In this document: positions 53,698 to 62,060 of the stretch, piece by piece
How positions within the stretch are numbered: position 1 is the stretch's first letter
Layout: every line of letters begins with the position of its first letter
Origin: Acidimicrobiales bacterium
GTDB lineage: Bacteria; Actinomycetota; Acidimicrobiia; Acidimicrobiales; Bog-793
Direction: 5' to 3'
NCBI GenBank assembly: GCA_050012675.1
Contig: JBEKGS010000006.1
Coordinates: 65,889 to 129,888, forward strand
DNA: 64,000 nt
Notes under the pieces: model-generated
Seen by the model: the letters and a program-made list of their open reading frames with translations, nothing else
The model's database searches: none
What the model was told of the DNA's origin: nothing
Position numbers and translations under genes: made by a program

Positions 53698-54707
53698 CGG
53701 TAGACGTCTTCGTACAGGCGCTCCACCGGTGGTTCCGGCCAGCTCTTGGCGCGCTCCAGGGCAGATTTGACCTCGGTGTCCACGGCGTCTCGAAGCAGCT
53801 CCAGGTCCTGGGACGTCGCCGCCCCCGCCGCCCGCACAACCGCCTCGAACCGAGGGATCGGGTCGCGTGCCAGCCACAGTTCGAGCTCGCCGTCGGGCCG
53901 GTACTTGGCCGGGTCCGAGCGGGAGTGGCCCTCGTGGCGGTAGGTGTCCGCTTCGATCAGCGTCGGTCCTTCGTCCGCACGGGCACGCGAGATGGCTTCC
54001 TCGGCGACCTTACGCACGGCGAGCAGATCGTTGCCGTCGACGAGGACTCCCGGTATTCCGTACGCCGCGGCACGTGAGGACAAGCTGGTGACCGAGGTAG
54101 TGGCAGCGAGCGGGCTGTACTCCCCGTAATGGTTGTTCTCCACGACCACGACCACAGGCAATCGCCATACGGCAGCCAGGTTCATGGCCTCGTGGAAGGC
54201 TCCGATATTGGTCGAGCCGTCACCTGTGAAAGCGAGGCTGACCTTGCCCGTCCTCTTGTGCTTTGCAGCCAGCCCGGCACCGACACTGATGGGCAGCTGG
54301 GCGCCCACCACAGCGTTCGAGCCGATTATGCCCTTCTCGAAGTCAGCGAGGTGCATCGAGCCGCCCTTGCCTTTGCAAAGGCCACCTTCGCGCCCGAGAA
54401 TCTCTGCAAACGAGGCGTCCATCGCCGCGCCGGCGGCAAGGACGTGACCGTGCCCGCGGTACGTGCAGGTCATGGCGTCTCCGGGCGTCAGCAACGAGCA
54501 CACGCCCACCGACACCGCCTCTTGGCCCTGGCAAAGATGCGTGCTCCCCCTCACGAGCCCGGAACCGAACAAGGCCTTGACCTGATCCTCGAAACAGCGG
54601 ATGCAGAGCATCGATCGCAGCAGTTGCCGCCAGTCGGCCGGCAATGGCTTGTCCGGGTCAAAGTCGTCCGGGCGCGCCGTCATTGTCTCGGAGCTCGTCC
54701 GGTTCAT
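53694..54707 (-). CDS. TPP-dependent 2-oxoacid/acetoin dehydrogenase E1 component, alpha subunit
   Basis: 337 aa. TPP motif GDGSTNIGAFHEAMNLAAVWRLPVVVVVENNHYG and YRHEGHS. SD GGAGGGAAG. Confidence 0.9.
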   Translation of the reverse strand: MNRTSSETMTARPDDFDPDKPLPADWRQLLRSMLCIRCFEDQVKALFGSGLVRGSTHLCQGQEAVSVGVCSLLTPGDAMTCTYRGHGHVLAAGAAMDASFAEILGREGGLCKGKGGSMHLADFEKGIIGSNAVVGAQLPISVGAGLAAKHKRTGKVSLAFTGDGSTNIGAFHEAMNLAAVWRLPVVVVVENNHYGEYSPLAATTSVTSLSSRAAAYGIPGVLVDGNDLLAVRKVAEEAISRARADEGPTLIEADTYRHEGHSRSDPAKYRPDGELELWLARDPIPRFEAVVRAAGAATSQDLELLRDAVDTEVKSALERAKSWPEPPVERLYEDVYR

Positions 54708-54829
54708 GAGCGCTTCCCTCCGCCTAGTGCCCGCCCGCAGTGCCGTTCACGGCCGCGCGCCAGTTCTGCCGGCCGAAAAGAGCTGCCCGCCCACATGGCG
54801 AGATTGAGACAAAAATGTCATCAAAAGGC

Positions 54830-54858
54830 TTGACAAGTCCCCCCGCGATCGTTACCGT
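54830..54858 (+). promoter_or_regulatory. Sigma-70-like promoter candidate for the sugar ABC operon
   Basis: TTGACA (54830-54835), a 17-nt spacer, then TACCGT (54853-54858). It lies in the only AT-richer patch of the 420-nt divergent intergenic region. Confidence 0.45.
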
Positions 54859-54868
54859 CACTCGATCC

Positions 54869-54884
54869 GTTGAAACATTACAAC
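54869..54884. promoter_or_regulatory. LacI-family operator candidate (copy 2)
   Basis: GTTGAAACATTACAAC. The core TGAAAC-A-TTACA matches the site at 44721-44734 in 12 of 13 positions. It lies 11 nt downstream of the putative -10. Confidence 0.5.
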
Positions 54885-55127
54885 GCGGATAGGGGGGAAG
54901 TCCAGTGCTGAACGTGGAGACGACGGCGGGGGGACCTCGCCTGTAATCCGCACGAATCCCGAGCTCGGACCGCACGCACCGTGCTGCCAATCTCAACAGT
55001 CCGGCAGCCGACGCGTGGTTGGGGCGATTCGTCGAGGCGACAGGCAGGCAGACCGAAGTCTTTCCACTTAGGCGGTGGCGACTCACCAAGCACGTTCAGG
55101 CACGACTTGGTCAGCAAAGGAGATGTG

Positions 55128-56564
55128 ATGACAATACTTGGCCCTCGCAGCGAAGGCGGCGGGGATTCTGGCAGCGGGGCGCACAAGAGGCGCACGGCCC
55201 GTTCGTCGAGGTTCGCAAGGAACCTGACGGCCGCGGCAGGTGCGCTTGTCCTGGTGGGCAGCCTCACGACCGTGGCGGCGAACGCGTCGGGCGCGTCCAC
55301 AAGGACGAGTCATGCGCTGAGCGGCACGCTCACCATGAACGTGTTCACGTTCTCCACGCCAGTCCTCAAGCCGGTTATCGCCGCTTTCGAGAAGCTCAAC
55401 CCAGGCGTGAAGATCCAAGCTGCCAATGTCGTCAACACGCCGGACACCTATGTACCCCTGCTCCAGACCGAGCGCCTTGCCGGCAACGAGCCCGACATCG
55501 ACGAGACATACGACGTCTTGACGCCGACGCTCGAGGTAGACGGACTCGTCGCCGACCTCACGCCGGATCTCAAGGCCGGACAGCCCTATCCGCAGAACTA
55601 CTGGCTTCCGACATTCCTGGCGTCCTACATCCCGCCGGTGGGGGCGCCGTTCGGGGTCGGCCAGGTGTTCGCGCTTCCGAACGAAGCTGACGCGACGGTC
55701 ATCATGTACAACGAGAACGAGTTTCAAAAGGCCGGCGTTCCGTTCCCGCAGAACGGCTGGACCTGGAGCGAGATGCTCGCTGACGCCGCCAAGCTCAAGG
55801 TCGGTAGCGGCGCCTCGCAGAGCCAGTACGGCATTTGCGAGCGTCCCGACTGGCAGGCCGAGTACAACCCGGTGCTCAAGGCTTACGGTGTCACGGCATT
55901 CACCGAGACGACGCCGACCTTGGACACGCCGGCAGCCTTGAAGGCGTGGGCCCTCATGATCGACCCCCTGCTGAACGGTGACGCAGTGCCAGAGGCCCAG
56001 CAGCAGGCCAAGAACGGCTCCTCCGGTTGCGAACCGTTCTTCGAGTCAGGTGAGGCAGCCATGTCGATCGAGGTTCGCGGCAACCTTCCCGGCCTCGAGC
56101 AGGCGATTGGCAGCAAGTTCAAGTACAACGTCGTCCCGATGCCGTCCATCACGAGCGTCACCGGAAAGCAGGTCATCCCGACCGGTGGCGGCAGCGTCGG
56201 TTGGTGCCTCGCCCCGGGCCAGACGCACAACGCACTCGCTCTTGCCTTCTTGAAGTACCTCTTCTCCCCGGCCGGCCAGGCCGTGGGGGAGGCGACGGGT
56301 GGAGTCGTGCCGGCAGAGGCGGCCAACAACGGCCCGACCGCTCCCTGGCGCACTGTGGCGGGAGCCCCGGCCAACAGCCAGGCGTATGTGACCGCCGCCG
56401 ATACGGCGACAATCGCTCCGCAGACTCCGGGCACGGTCTTCACCTTGTCGGACATTGACGTCCCAGCAGCTGTCACGGCCGCCACCACCGGTCACGAGAG
56501 CATTGCGAAGGCATTCACCAACCTGCAGTCACAGATGGTTTACGCCTACAGCCTGAACGGCTAG
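55128..56564 (+). CDS. Carbohydrate ABC transporter substrate-binding protein (family 1)
   Basis: Lies in the frame of ORF 54981..56564. ATG 55128 (or GTG 55125) follows AAAGGAG. Long n-region signal peptide ending VAANASGAS, with no lipobox Cys. Confidence 0.85.
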   Translation: MTILGPRSEGGGDSGSGAHKRRTARSSRFARNLTAAAGALVLVGSLTTVAANASGASTRTSHALSGTLTMNVFTFSTPVLKPVIAAFEKLNPGVKIQAANVVNTPDTYVPLLQTERLAGNEPDIDETYDVLTPTLEVDGLVADLTPDLKAGQPYPQNYWLPTFLASYIPPVGAPFGVGQVFALPNEADATVIMYNENEFQKAGVPFPQNGWTWSEMLADAAKLKVGSGASQSQYGICERPDWQAEYNPVLKAYGVTAFTETTPTLDTPAALKAWALMIDPLLNGDAVPEAQQQAKNGSSGCEPFFESGEAAMSIEVRGNLPGLEQAIGSKFKYNVVPMPSITSVTGKQVIPTGGGSVGWCLAPGQTHNALALAFLKYLFSPAGQAVGEATGGVVPAEAANNGPTAPWRTVAGAPANSQAYVTAADTATIAPQTPGTVFTLSDIDVPAAVTAATTGHESIAKAFTNLQSQMVYAYSLNG

Positions 56565-56592
56565 CAGCGTTGCAGCAATAGGCAGGTCAGAA

Positions 56593-56641
56593 GGAAGTAT
56601 GAACGGCCGGCTCGAGACTGAGCCGGCCGTTCACCACTTCC
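56593..56641 (+). promoter_or_regulatory. Long intercistronic stem-loop between the SBP and permease genes
   Basis: GGAAGT-A-TGAACGGCCGGCTC-GAGACT-GAGCCGGCCGTTCA-CC-ACTTCC. A 14-bp perfect stem plus a 6-bp outer stem, checked base by base. No U-tract follows. Confidence 0.6.
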
Positions 56642-56702
56642 TGCTGAAAGCTGAGCGGAGTAGTTTTCCTGCTTCACAACGAACCGTCTTCATCCTGGAA
56701 GG

Positions 56703-57662
56703 TTGGGCTTAGTGTCCGTGACGCAGCTGTCGGACCCGTTGATCGCGAACTTGGGCACACCCACGCCGATCACACGCCCGCGCAAGAAGCATCGCGATGG
56801 TCGCTGGGCTGCGGTGATGATCTTCCCCAACCTCGCGATGTTCACGGTGTTCATCATCGTCCCGGTCCTCGGCGGCTTGTATCTCAGTTTCACGACCTGG
56901 GACATCACCAACGGGTTCCCCAAGTGGGTGGGGCTTCAGAACTACCGCCAGATGTTCCACGACCCCCTCGTGTGGCAGGCCTGCGAGACGACGCTCAAGT
57001 TCATCGCGTTCGGCATGGTGCCGACGGTGATCCTCTCGCTCTGGCTCGCCATGCTGATCAACTTCAAGTTCCGTGGCATAAGCGTCGTTCGTTCCCTCTA
57101 CCTCATACCTGCGGCCATGTCGTTCGCCGCCTCCGCGGTCGTGTGGCGCTACATCTTCCTGGACGGGCCCGGCTACGGGGTTCTCGACTACGTGATCTCC
57201 AGGTTCGGGGTCACACCGCCGGACTGGCTCGCGAGCACGACTTGGGCTCTTCCTGCCCTCGACATCATCGCCATCTGGTTGAGCTTGCCCATCGCGACGA
57301 TCCTTTACCTGGCGGCCCTGCAGCGGATCCCGGACTCGGTCATAGAAGCATCCAAGCTGGACGGGGCCGGGCCACTGCGTCGAATCCGCTACATCGTCTG
57401 GCCCGGCGTGCGCTACATGACCCCGCTCGTCGCGATCGTGGCCCTGCTCTCGTTCACCAACGGCTCGTTCGACCTGGTCAACATCCTCACCAAAGGTGAC
57501 CCGATCAACTCCACCCAGACGCTGATCTACTACATCTACTTCGAGTCCTTCGCGTTCGGCGCCTGGGGTTACGCCGCGGCACTGTCGATTCTCCAGGTCA
57601 TCATGATCGCCGGCATCCTGGTCGTGCTCCGCCTGGTGTCCAGCTTGGTGAACCGATGGTGA
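56703..57662 (+). CDS. Carbohydrate ABC transporter permease (MalF-like)
   Basis: 319 aa, six TM helices. Contains EASKLDGAGPLRRIRYIVWP (EAA loop). GTG 56712 is an alternative start. Confidence 0.85.
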   Translation: MGLVSVTQLSDPLIANLGTPTPITRPRKKHRDGRWAAVMIFPNLAMFTVFIIVPVLGGLYLSFTTWDITNGFPKWVGLQNYRQMFHDPLVWQACETTLKFIAFGMVPTVILSLWLAMLINFKFRGISVVRSLYLIPAAMSFAASAVVWRYIFLDGPGYGVLDYVISRFGVTPPDWLASTTWALPALDIIAIWLSLPIATILYLAALQRIPDSVIEASKLDGAGPLRRIRYIVWPGVRYMTPLVAIVALLSFTNGSFDLVNILTKGDPINSTQTLIYYIYFESFAFGAWGYAAALSILQVIMIAGILVVLRLVSSLVNRW

Positions 57663-58501
57663 TCACCCAACGCACCACTCGGCGCATCAGGATCCTTGTT
57701 GCGCTCGTCATCGGGCTGGTCATGTCCGCGCCGCTGCTCTACATGCTCGCGGGTTCGTTGATGTCCAATTCACAGCTCTCGATCCAGCCGCCGCAGGTGA
57801 TCCCGAACTCGCTTCATTTCGGCAACTATCCGGCGGCCTTCTCCGGTCTGACCCAGGTGATCCAGGTGCGCAGCTTCGTGAACTCGGTGATCTTCACCGT
57901 CGGGGCGGTGGGCCTGCAGTGGGTCTTGTGCATAACGGGCGGCTTCGTGATCGCCAAGATGCGCTTCAGGTCGCGCGGCCTCATCACGGCTCTGTTCGCG
58001 ATCTCACTTTTCATCCCGCTGCTCACGACGCTCATCCCGACCTTCGTCGTCACCTACAAGCTCGGGATCATCAACACCTACCCGGGGCTGATACTCCCGA
58101 TCGCGGCGCAGACCGGGTTCGGGTCGCTGTTGTTCCGCCAGTACATCAAAGAGCTGCCGCAGGAGCTCTTTGATGCCGCCCGCATGGACGGCGCCAACTG
58201 GTGGCTGATGCTGCGACGACTTGTGATTCCCTTGGCAAGGCCGGCGACGGCGGCCTACCTGGCGATCTCGGTGTTGACCGCATGGAACATGTACCTGTGG
58301 CCGCTCGTGGCCGCGGAGGGAAGCGGGTTGCAGGTGCTGACCCAGACGCTGGCGACGGTGGGCAGCACGGCGCAAGGCGAAGTGACACCGCAGAACGTCA
58401 TCTTCGCATCTGTCGTGATCGTGACGCTGCCGATGATCCTCGTGTTCCTCGCCGTTCAGCCCGCCTTCATAAGGGGCCTCGCCGGATCGGGTGTCGAATG
58501 A
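57656..58501 (+). CDS. Carbohydrate ABC transporter permease (MalG-like)
   Basis: 281 aa. DAARMDGANWWLMLRRLVIPLARP (EAA loop). Overlaps the upstream stop. Confidence 0.85.
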   Translation: MVITQRTTRRIRILVALVIGLVMSAPLLYMLAGSLMSNSQLSIQPPQVIPNSLHFGNYPAAFSGLTQVIQVRSFVNSVIFTVGAVGLQWVLCITGGFVIAKMRFRSRGLITALFAISLFIPLLTTLIPTFVVTYKLGIINTYPGLILPIAAQTGFGSLLFRQYIKELPQELFDAARMDGANWWLMLRRLVIPLARPATAAYLAISVLTAWNMYLWPLVAAEGSGLQVLTQTLATVGSTAQGEVTPQNVIFASVVIVTLPMILVFLAVQPAFIRGLAGSGVE

Positions 58502-59016
58502 GCGACCCAACGACCACAGCTCGTAGCGAGGGCTTCTTGCCCGTCCGATCCGTCTTCCATGTCGGCTTTGTCGTCCGCGACCTTGACGCGAGCCTCCGGT
58601 TCTACTGTGAAGGCCTCGGACTAGTGCTGCGTCATCGCCAGCAACAGCGCAACGCTTACACCGCGAGCCTCGTCGGCTATCCGGACGCGGCCCTCGAGAT
58701 CGCACAGCTGCGGTTGAGCGATGCCGAGCCCCCGCCTTCGGGGCACGTCCTCGAGCTCATCTGCTACGAGCGACCGCCGAGCGGTCCGGTCGACTTGGAG
58801 CGGAGCACGATAGGCGCAGGCCATCTCGCCTTCGTCGTCGACGACGTGTTCGAGTCCGCAGAACGGCTCCGTCGTCTCGGTGCGCAGCTGATAAACGAGC
58901 CCGTCCGGATCACAGAGGGGATCAACGCCGGAGGTTGGGCGGTCTATCTCCACGATCCCGACGGGGTCTGTTTGGAGCTGTTGCAGCCTTCCGGCGCCGA
59001 GGTAGGCAATGGGTAA
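58498..59016 (+). CDS. VOC (glyoxalase fold) family protein
   Basis: Lies in the frame of ORF 58201..59016. ATG 58498 overlaps the permease stop (ATGA). VFHVGFVVRDLDASLRFY, GAGHLAFVVDD, YLHDPDGVCLEL. Confidence 0.8.
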   Translation: MSDPTTTARSEGFLPVRSVFHVGFVVRDLDASLRFYCEGLGLVLRHRQQQRNAYTASLVGYPDAALEIAQLRLSDAEPPPSGHVLELICYERPPSGPVDLERSTIGAGHLAFVVDDVFESAERLRRLGAQLINEPVRITEGINAGGWAVYLHDPDGVCLELLQPSGAEVGNG

Positions 59017-59806
59017 CGACAAGGCGGAAGCGTTCGTCGGCTCTTCAGCCGTCGTGACAGGTGCCGGCCAGGGCATAGGTGCTGCCATTGCGAGGGGACT
59101 CGCCAACAAGGGTGTGCACGTCGTGGTCAGCGGTCGTCGTGCCGCCACGCTGGAGTCGGTTTGCGGCGCCATAAAGGCCGACGGGGGTTCGGCGGACTAC
59201 TGCGTCGGCGACGTCACCGACCCCTCCCATCTCGCGCAGCTGATGGCGCTCGCGGCAGGACCGAGCAGGGTCCTCGACATCCTGGTGAACAATGCCGGCA
59301 TCGCCGGGCCTACGGCGCCGCTCGTCGAGACGAGCCTCGAGGACTGGAACCGGACCATCGCCGTCAACCTCACGGGAGTCTTCCTCGCTTGCAAGGCCGC
59401 CCTGCCCTACCTGGAGAACGCCAAGCACGGCAAGATCGTCAACATCGGCTCGGTGACGGGAAAGCAGCCCCTCCCTAACCGGTCTGCCTACGCGGCTGCC
59501 AAGCTCGGAGTGGTCGGCCTCACGCGCACGCTCGCCCACGAGGTGGGATCCATCGGCATCAGCGTGAACCTCATCTCGCCCTGGCTCGTGGAAGGTGAGC
59601 GGCTCGAAGGAGTCCTCTCGTCGATGTCGAAGGAGCGGGGCCTCACTCCCGACGAGATGCGAGCCGCTCTCACCGCGGGAACGGCTTTCAAGCGCACGGT
59701 GAGCGAGGCCGACGTCGTCGAGATGGTGCTGTTCTTGTGCTCCTCGGCAGCCAACAATCTCACCGGCCAGGACATCAACGTCGCCGCGGGCGCAGTCATG
59801 TACTAA
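59009..59806 (+). CDS. SDR family oxidoreductase
   Basis: 265 aa. TGAGQGIG, NNAG, and YAAAK catalytic motif. Confidence 0.9.
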   Translation: MGNDKAEAFVGSSAVVTGAGQGIGAAIARGLANKGVHVVVSGRRAATLESVCGAIKADGGSADYCVGDVTDPSHLAQLMALAAGPSRVLDILVNNAGIAGPTAPLVETSLEDWNRTIAVNLTGVFLACKAALPYLENAKHGKIVNIGSVTGKQPLPNRSAYAAAKLGVVGLTRTLAHEVGSIGISVNLISPWLVEGERLEGVLSSMSKERGLTPDEMRAALTAGTAFKRTVSEADVVEMVLFLCSSAANNLTGQDINVAAGAVMY

Positions 59807-60669
59807 GCCGGTCGACGCCGGTCGAGCTGCTCGATTTCCTCAGGGCTCAAACACACGGTCCCCGCCTGGGCGGAGTCCACGATCGTCGCCGGTCTGCTGG
59901 CGCCCGGGATCGGGATCACGGTGGGCGACTTTGCCAACAGCCATGCCAGGGCCACGCGTTGCGGAGAGACTGCGTGGTTGTCGGCAACCTGCTGCAGGTA
60001 AGGCTCGTTGACACCGAGATCGGTGGCGGCACCGACGCCTCCGAGGGGCTGATAGGCGAGGAATGCGATGCCGTGTCCGGTGCAGAACGCGACTTCGGCC
60101 TCGCCCGAGCGCGCCAGGATGGACAGCTCGTTCTGGACGGAGGCGAGGCGACCTCCCAACACGTCCAAGGCGATCGCGATGAGCGAGGAGTTGGCGTTGG
60201 AGATTCCCGCCATCTTGATCAGGCCTTCGTCCAGCAGGTCGCGCAGCGCTCCGACGCTCTCGGCGTAGGGGACCAACGGATCGGGCCAGTGCAGCTGGTA
60301 AAGGTCGATCGCGTCAACGCCGAGACGCCGCAGCGAGTCGCGGCAGGCCTTCTTGAGACGCGCGGGGTCGCCGTCGATGCCCCATGCCCTGCCTTCGCGT
60401 GTGTGGCCGCCCTTGGTCGCCACCACGACGTCAGTGGCGGCGTAGCCGTAGGCCGCAAGCGCGCGGCGCACGAGCATCTCGTTGTGCCCGAAGTCCTCGT
60501 CCGAGATGGCATAGGCGTCGGCAGTGTCGATCAAGCTGACGCCGGCCTCGAGAGCCGCGTGGATCGTGGCCATCGCCTGGGCCTCGTCCGGACGGCCCTC
60601 GTTCGAGAGCAGCCCCGTCCCGAGGCCGATCTCGCCTACCCACATTGAACCGACCCGGCGCCCTTGCAT
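59803..60669 (-). CDS. Aldo/keto reductase
   Basis: ORF 59803..60717, starting at ATG 60669 (MQGRRVGSMWVGEIGLGT). DTADAY, LYQLHWPD. The stop overlaps the SDR stop on the opposite strand (CTAA). Confidence 0.85.
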   Translation of the reverse strand: MQGRRVGSMWVGEIGLGTGLLSNEGRPDEAQAMATIHAALEAGVSLIDTADAYAISDEDFGHNEMLVRRALAAYGYAATDVVVATKGGHTREGRAWGIDGDPARLKKACRDSLRRLGVDAIDLYQLHWPDPLVPYAESVGALRDLLDEGLIKMAGISNANSSLIAIALDVLGGRLASVQNELSILARSGEAEVAFCTGHGIAFLAYQPLGGVGAATDLGVNEPYLQQVADNHAVSPQRVALAWLLAKSPTVIPIPGASRPATIVDSAQAGTVCLSPEEIEQLDRRRPA

Positions 60670-60836
60670 ACCGCCTCCACGGAGACGCCACATGCTATGC
60701 GAGTGGGCAGGTGACAAGACGGCCGGCAGCTCAGCCCAGGCTGTCGACTCGACGACCGGATGTCACTAGCGTGAGCCGGCTATGGCCACCTGCTCACGAT
60801 TGCAGGGCCGGGCCTGCCCGGCTGGGACGCGCCTGC

Positions 60837-62051
60837 GTGCTTGAACCTTCGCAGGCGGGCTCCCGAAGGCGCCGGTTCCTGCTCGCTTCGGGCCTGCTGC
60901 TCGTCTCGTTGAACCTGAGACCCTCGATGAGCGCGCTCTCGCCGGTCCTCGGGGCGATCCGGAGGTCGACCGGGCTTTCCGGCGCCGGCGCGGGGCTGCT
61001 CACGACCCTGCCGCTGATCTGCTTCGGCCTCCTGGCTCCCGTTGCTCCCCGTCTCGTGCGTCGCAGGGGGACCGGAGGAGTTCTCCTCGGCTGTCTTGTC
61101 GTGCTTCTCGCGGGCATCCTGGTCCGCTCGACGAACTATGCGGGCCTGTTCCTCGGCACGCTCCTGATCGGTATTGCCGTGGCGATAGCCAACGTGTTGA
61201 TGCCGGGCATCGTCAAACGCGATTTCCCTGGGCGCGTGAGCCTCATGACGGGGCTCTACACAGCATTGCTCAGCGCCGGGGCCGCGCTCGCGGCCGCCAC
61301 CACCGCACCGCTCGCACGCGCCCTCGGAGGCGACTGGCGACTGGCGATCGGCGCCTGGGCAATCCCGGTCCTGGTGGCGATCGCCGTCATGGTGCCGCTG
61401 CGCAACCACGCCCACCCGGCGACAGAGGTCGTCGGTGTCAGCGCACCGACGCGGGCACTTTGGAAAAGCCCCGTCGCGTGGTCGGTGACGCTGTTCATGG
61501 GCATGCAATCGCTGGAGTTCTACTCGGCGCTCGCCTGGTTGCCGACCGTGTTCCACGATCGAGGGGTTCCGCTCGTGAGCGCCGGCCTGTTGCTGGCCGC
61601 CACCAACACGGTTGCCATTGGCTCGGCTCTCGTCACGCCCTGGATCGCGCACCGAATCGGTGACGTCCGTCTCGCTGTGCTCGGGGCTGTCGCGCTCGCC
61701 GTGGCAGGCTTGACGGGCCTACTGGTCGACCCTCACCACCTGGACGTTCTCTGGGCCGTGCTGTTGGGTGGGGGACAGGGAGCCTCGATCAGCTTGGCGC
61801 TCATGATGATGGTTCTCAGGTCCTCCGACCAGCACGAGGCCATGGCCCTGTCGGGCATGGCTCAAGGTGTCGGGTATCTGATCGCGGCGGTCGGCCCCAC
61901 ACTCGTGGGTGCCCTGTACGACATCGCGCACAGCTGGAGCCTGCCATTGGCTGTGCTGCTCGGACTCCTCGCCCTGCAGGCCGGCGCTGGTTATCTCGCC
62001 GCCAGAGACCGGCCCGTCAGCGGCGCGGCCGCACGGGCCCGAGATGCCTGA
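60837..62051 (+). CDS. MFS transporter (CynX-like)
   Basis: Lies in the frame of ORF 60645..62051. FLLASGLLLVSLNLRPSMSALSPVLGAIRRSTGLS.. resembles CynX-type MFS proteins. The start is uncertain (GTG 60837 or 60771). Confidence 0.7.
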   Translation: MLEPSQAGSRRRRFLLASGLLLVSLNLRPSMSALSPVLGAIRRSTGLSGAGAGLLTTLPLICFGLLAPVAPRLVRRRGTGGVLLGCLVVLLAGILVRSTNYAGLFLGTLLIGIAVAIANVLMPGIVKRDFPGRVSLMTGLYTALLSAGAALAAATTAPLARALGGDWRLAIGAWAIPVLVAIAVMVPLRNHAHPATEVVGVSAPTRALWKSPVAWSVTLFMGMQSLEFYSALAWLPTVFHDRGVPLVSAGLLLAATNTVAIGSALVTPWIAHRIGDVRLAVLGAVALAVAGLTGLLVDPHHLDVLWAVLLGGGQGASISLALMMMVLRSSDQHEAMALSGMAQGVGYLIAAVGPTLVGALYDIAHSWSLPLAVLLGLLALQAGAGYLAARDRPVSGAAARARDA

Positions 62052-62060
62052 GTGCCGTCG

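Noticed and set aside
54724-55300. Minus-strand ORFs (54724..55089 and 54878..55300) and the in-frame upstream extension of the SBP ORF (54981..55127), all in the divergent intergenic region.
   Set aside because: They have no SD or motifs, and odd composition. They cover the promoter/operator and leader region. The SBP has a good SD at 55116-55122 before ATG 55128.
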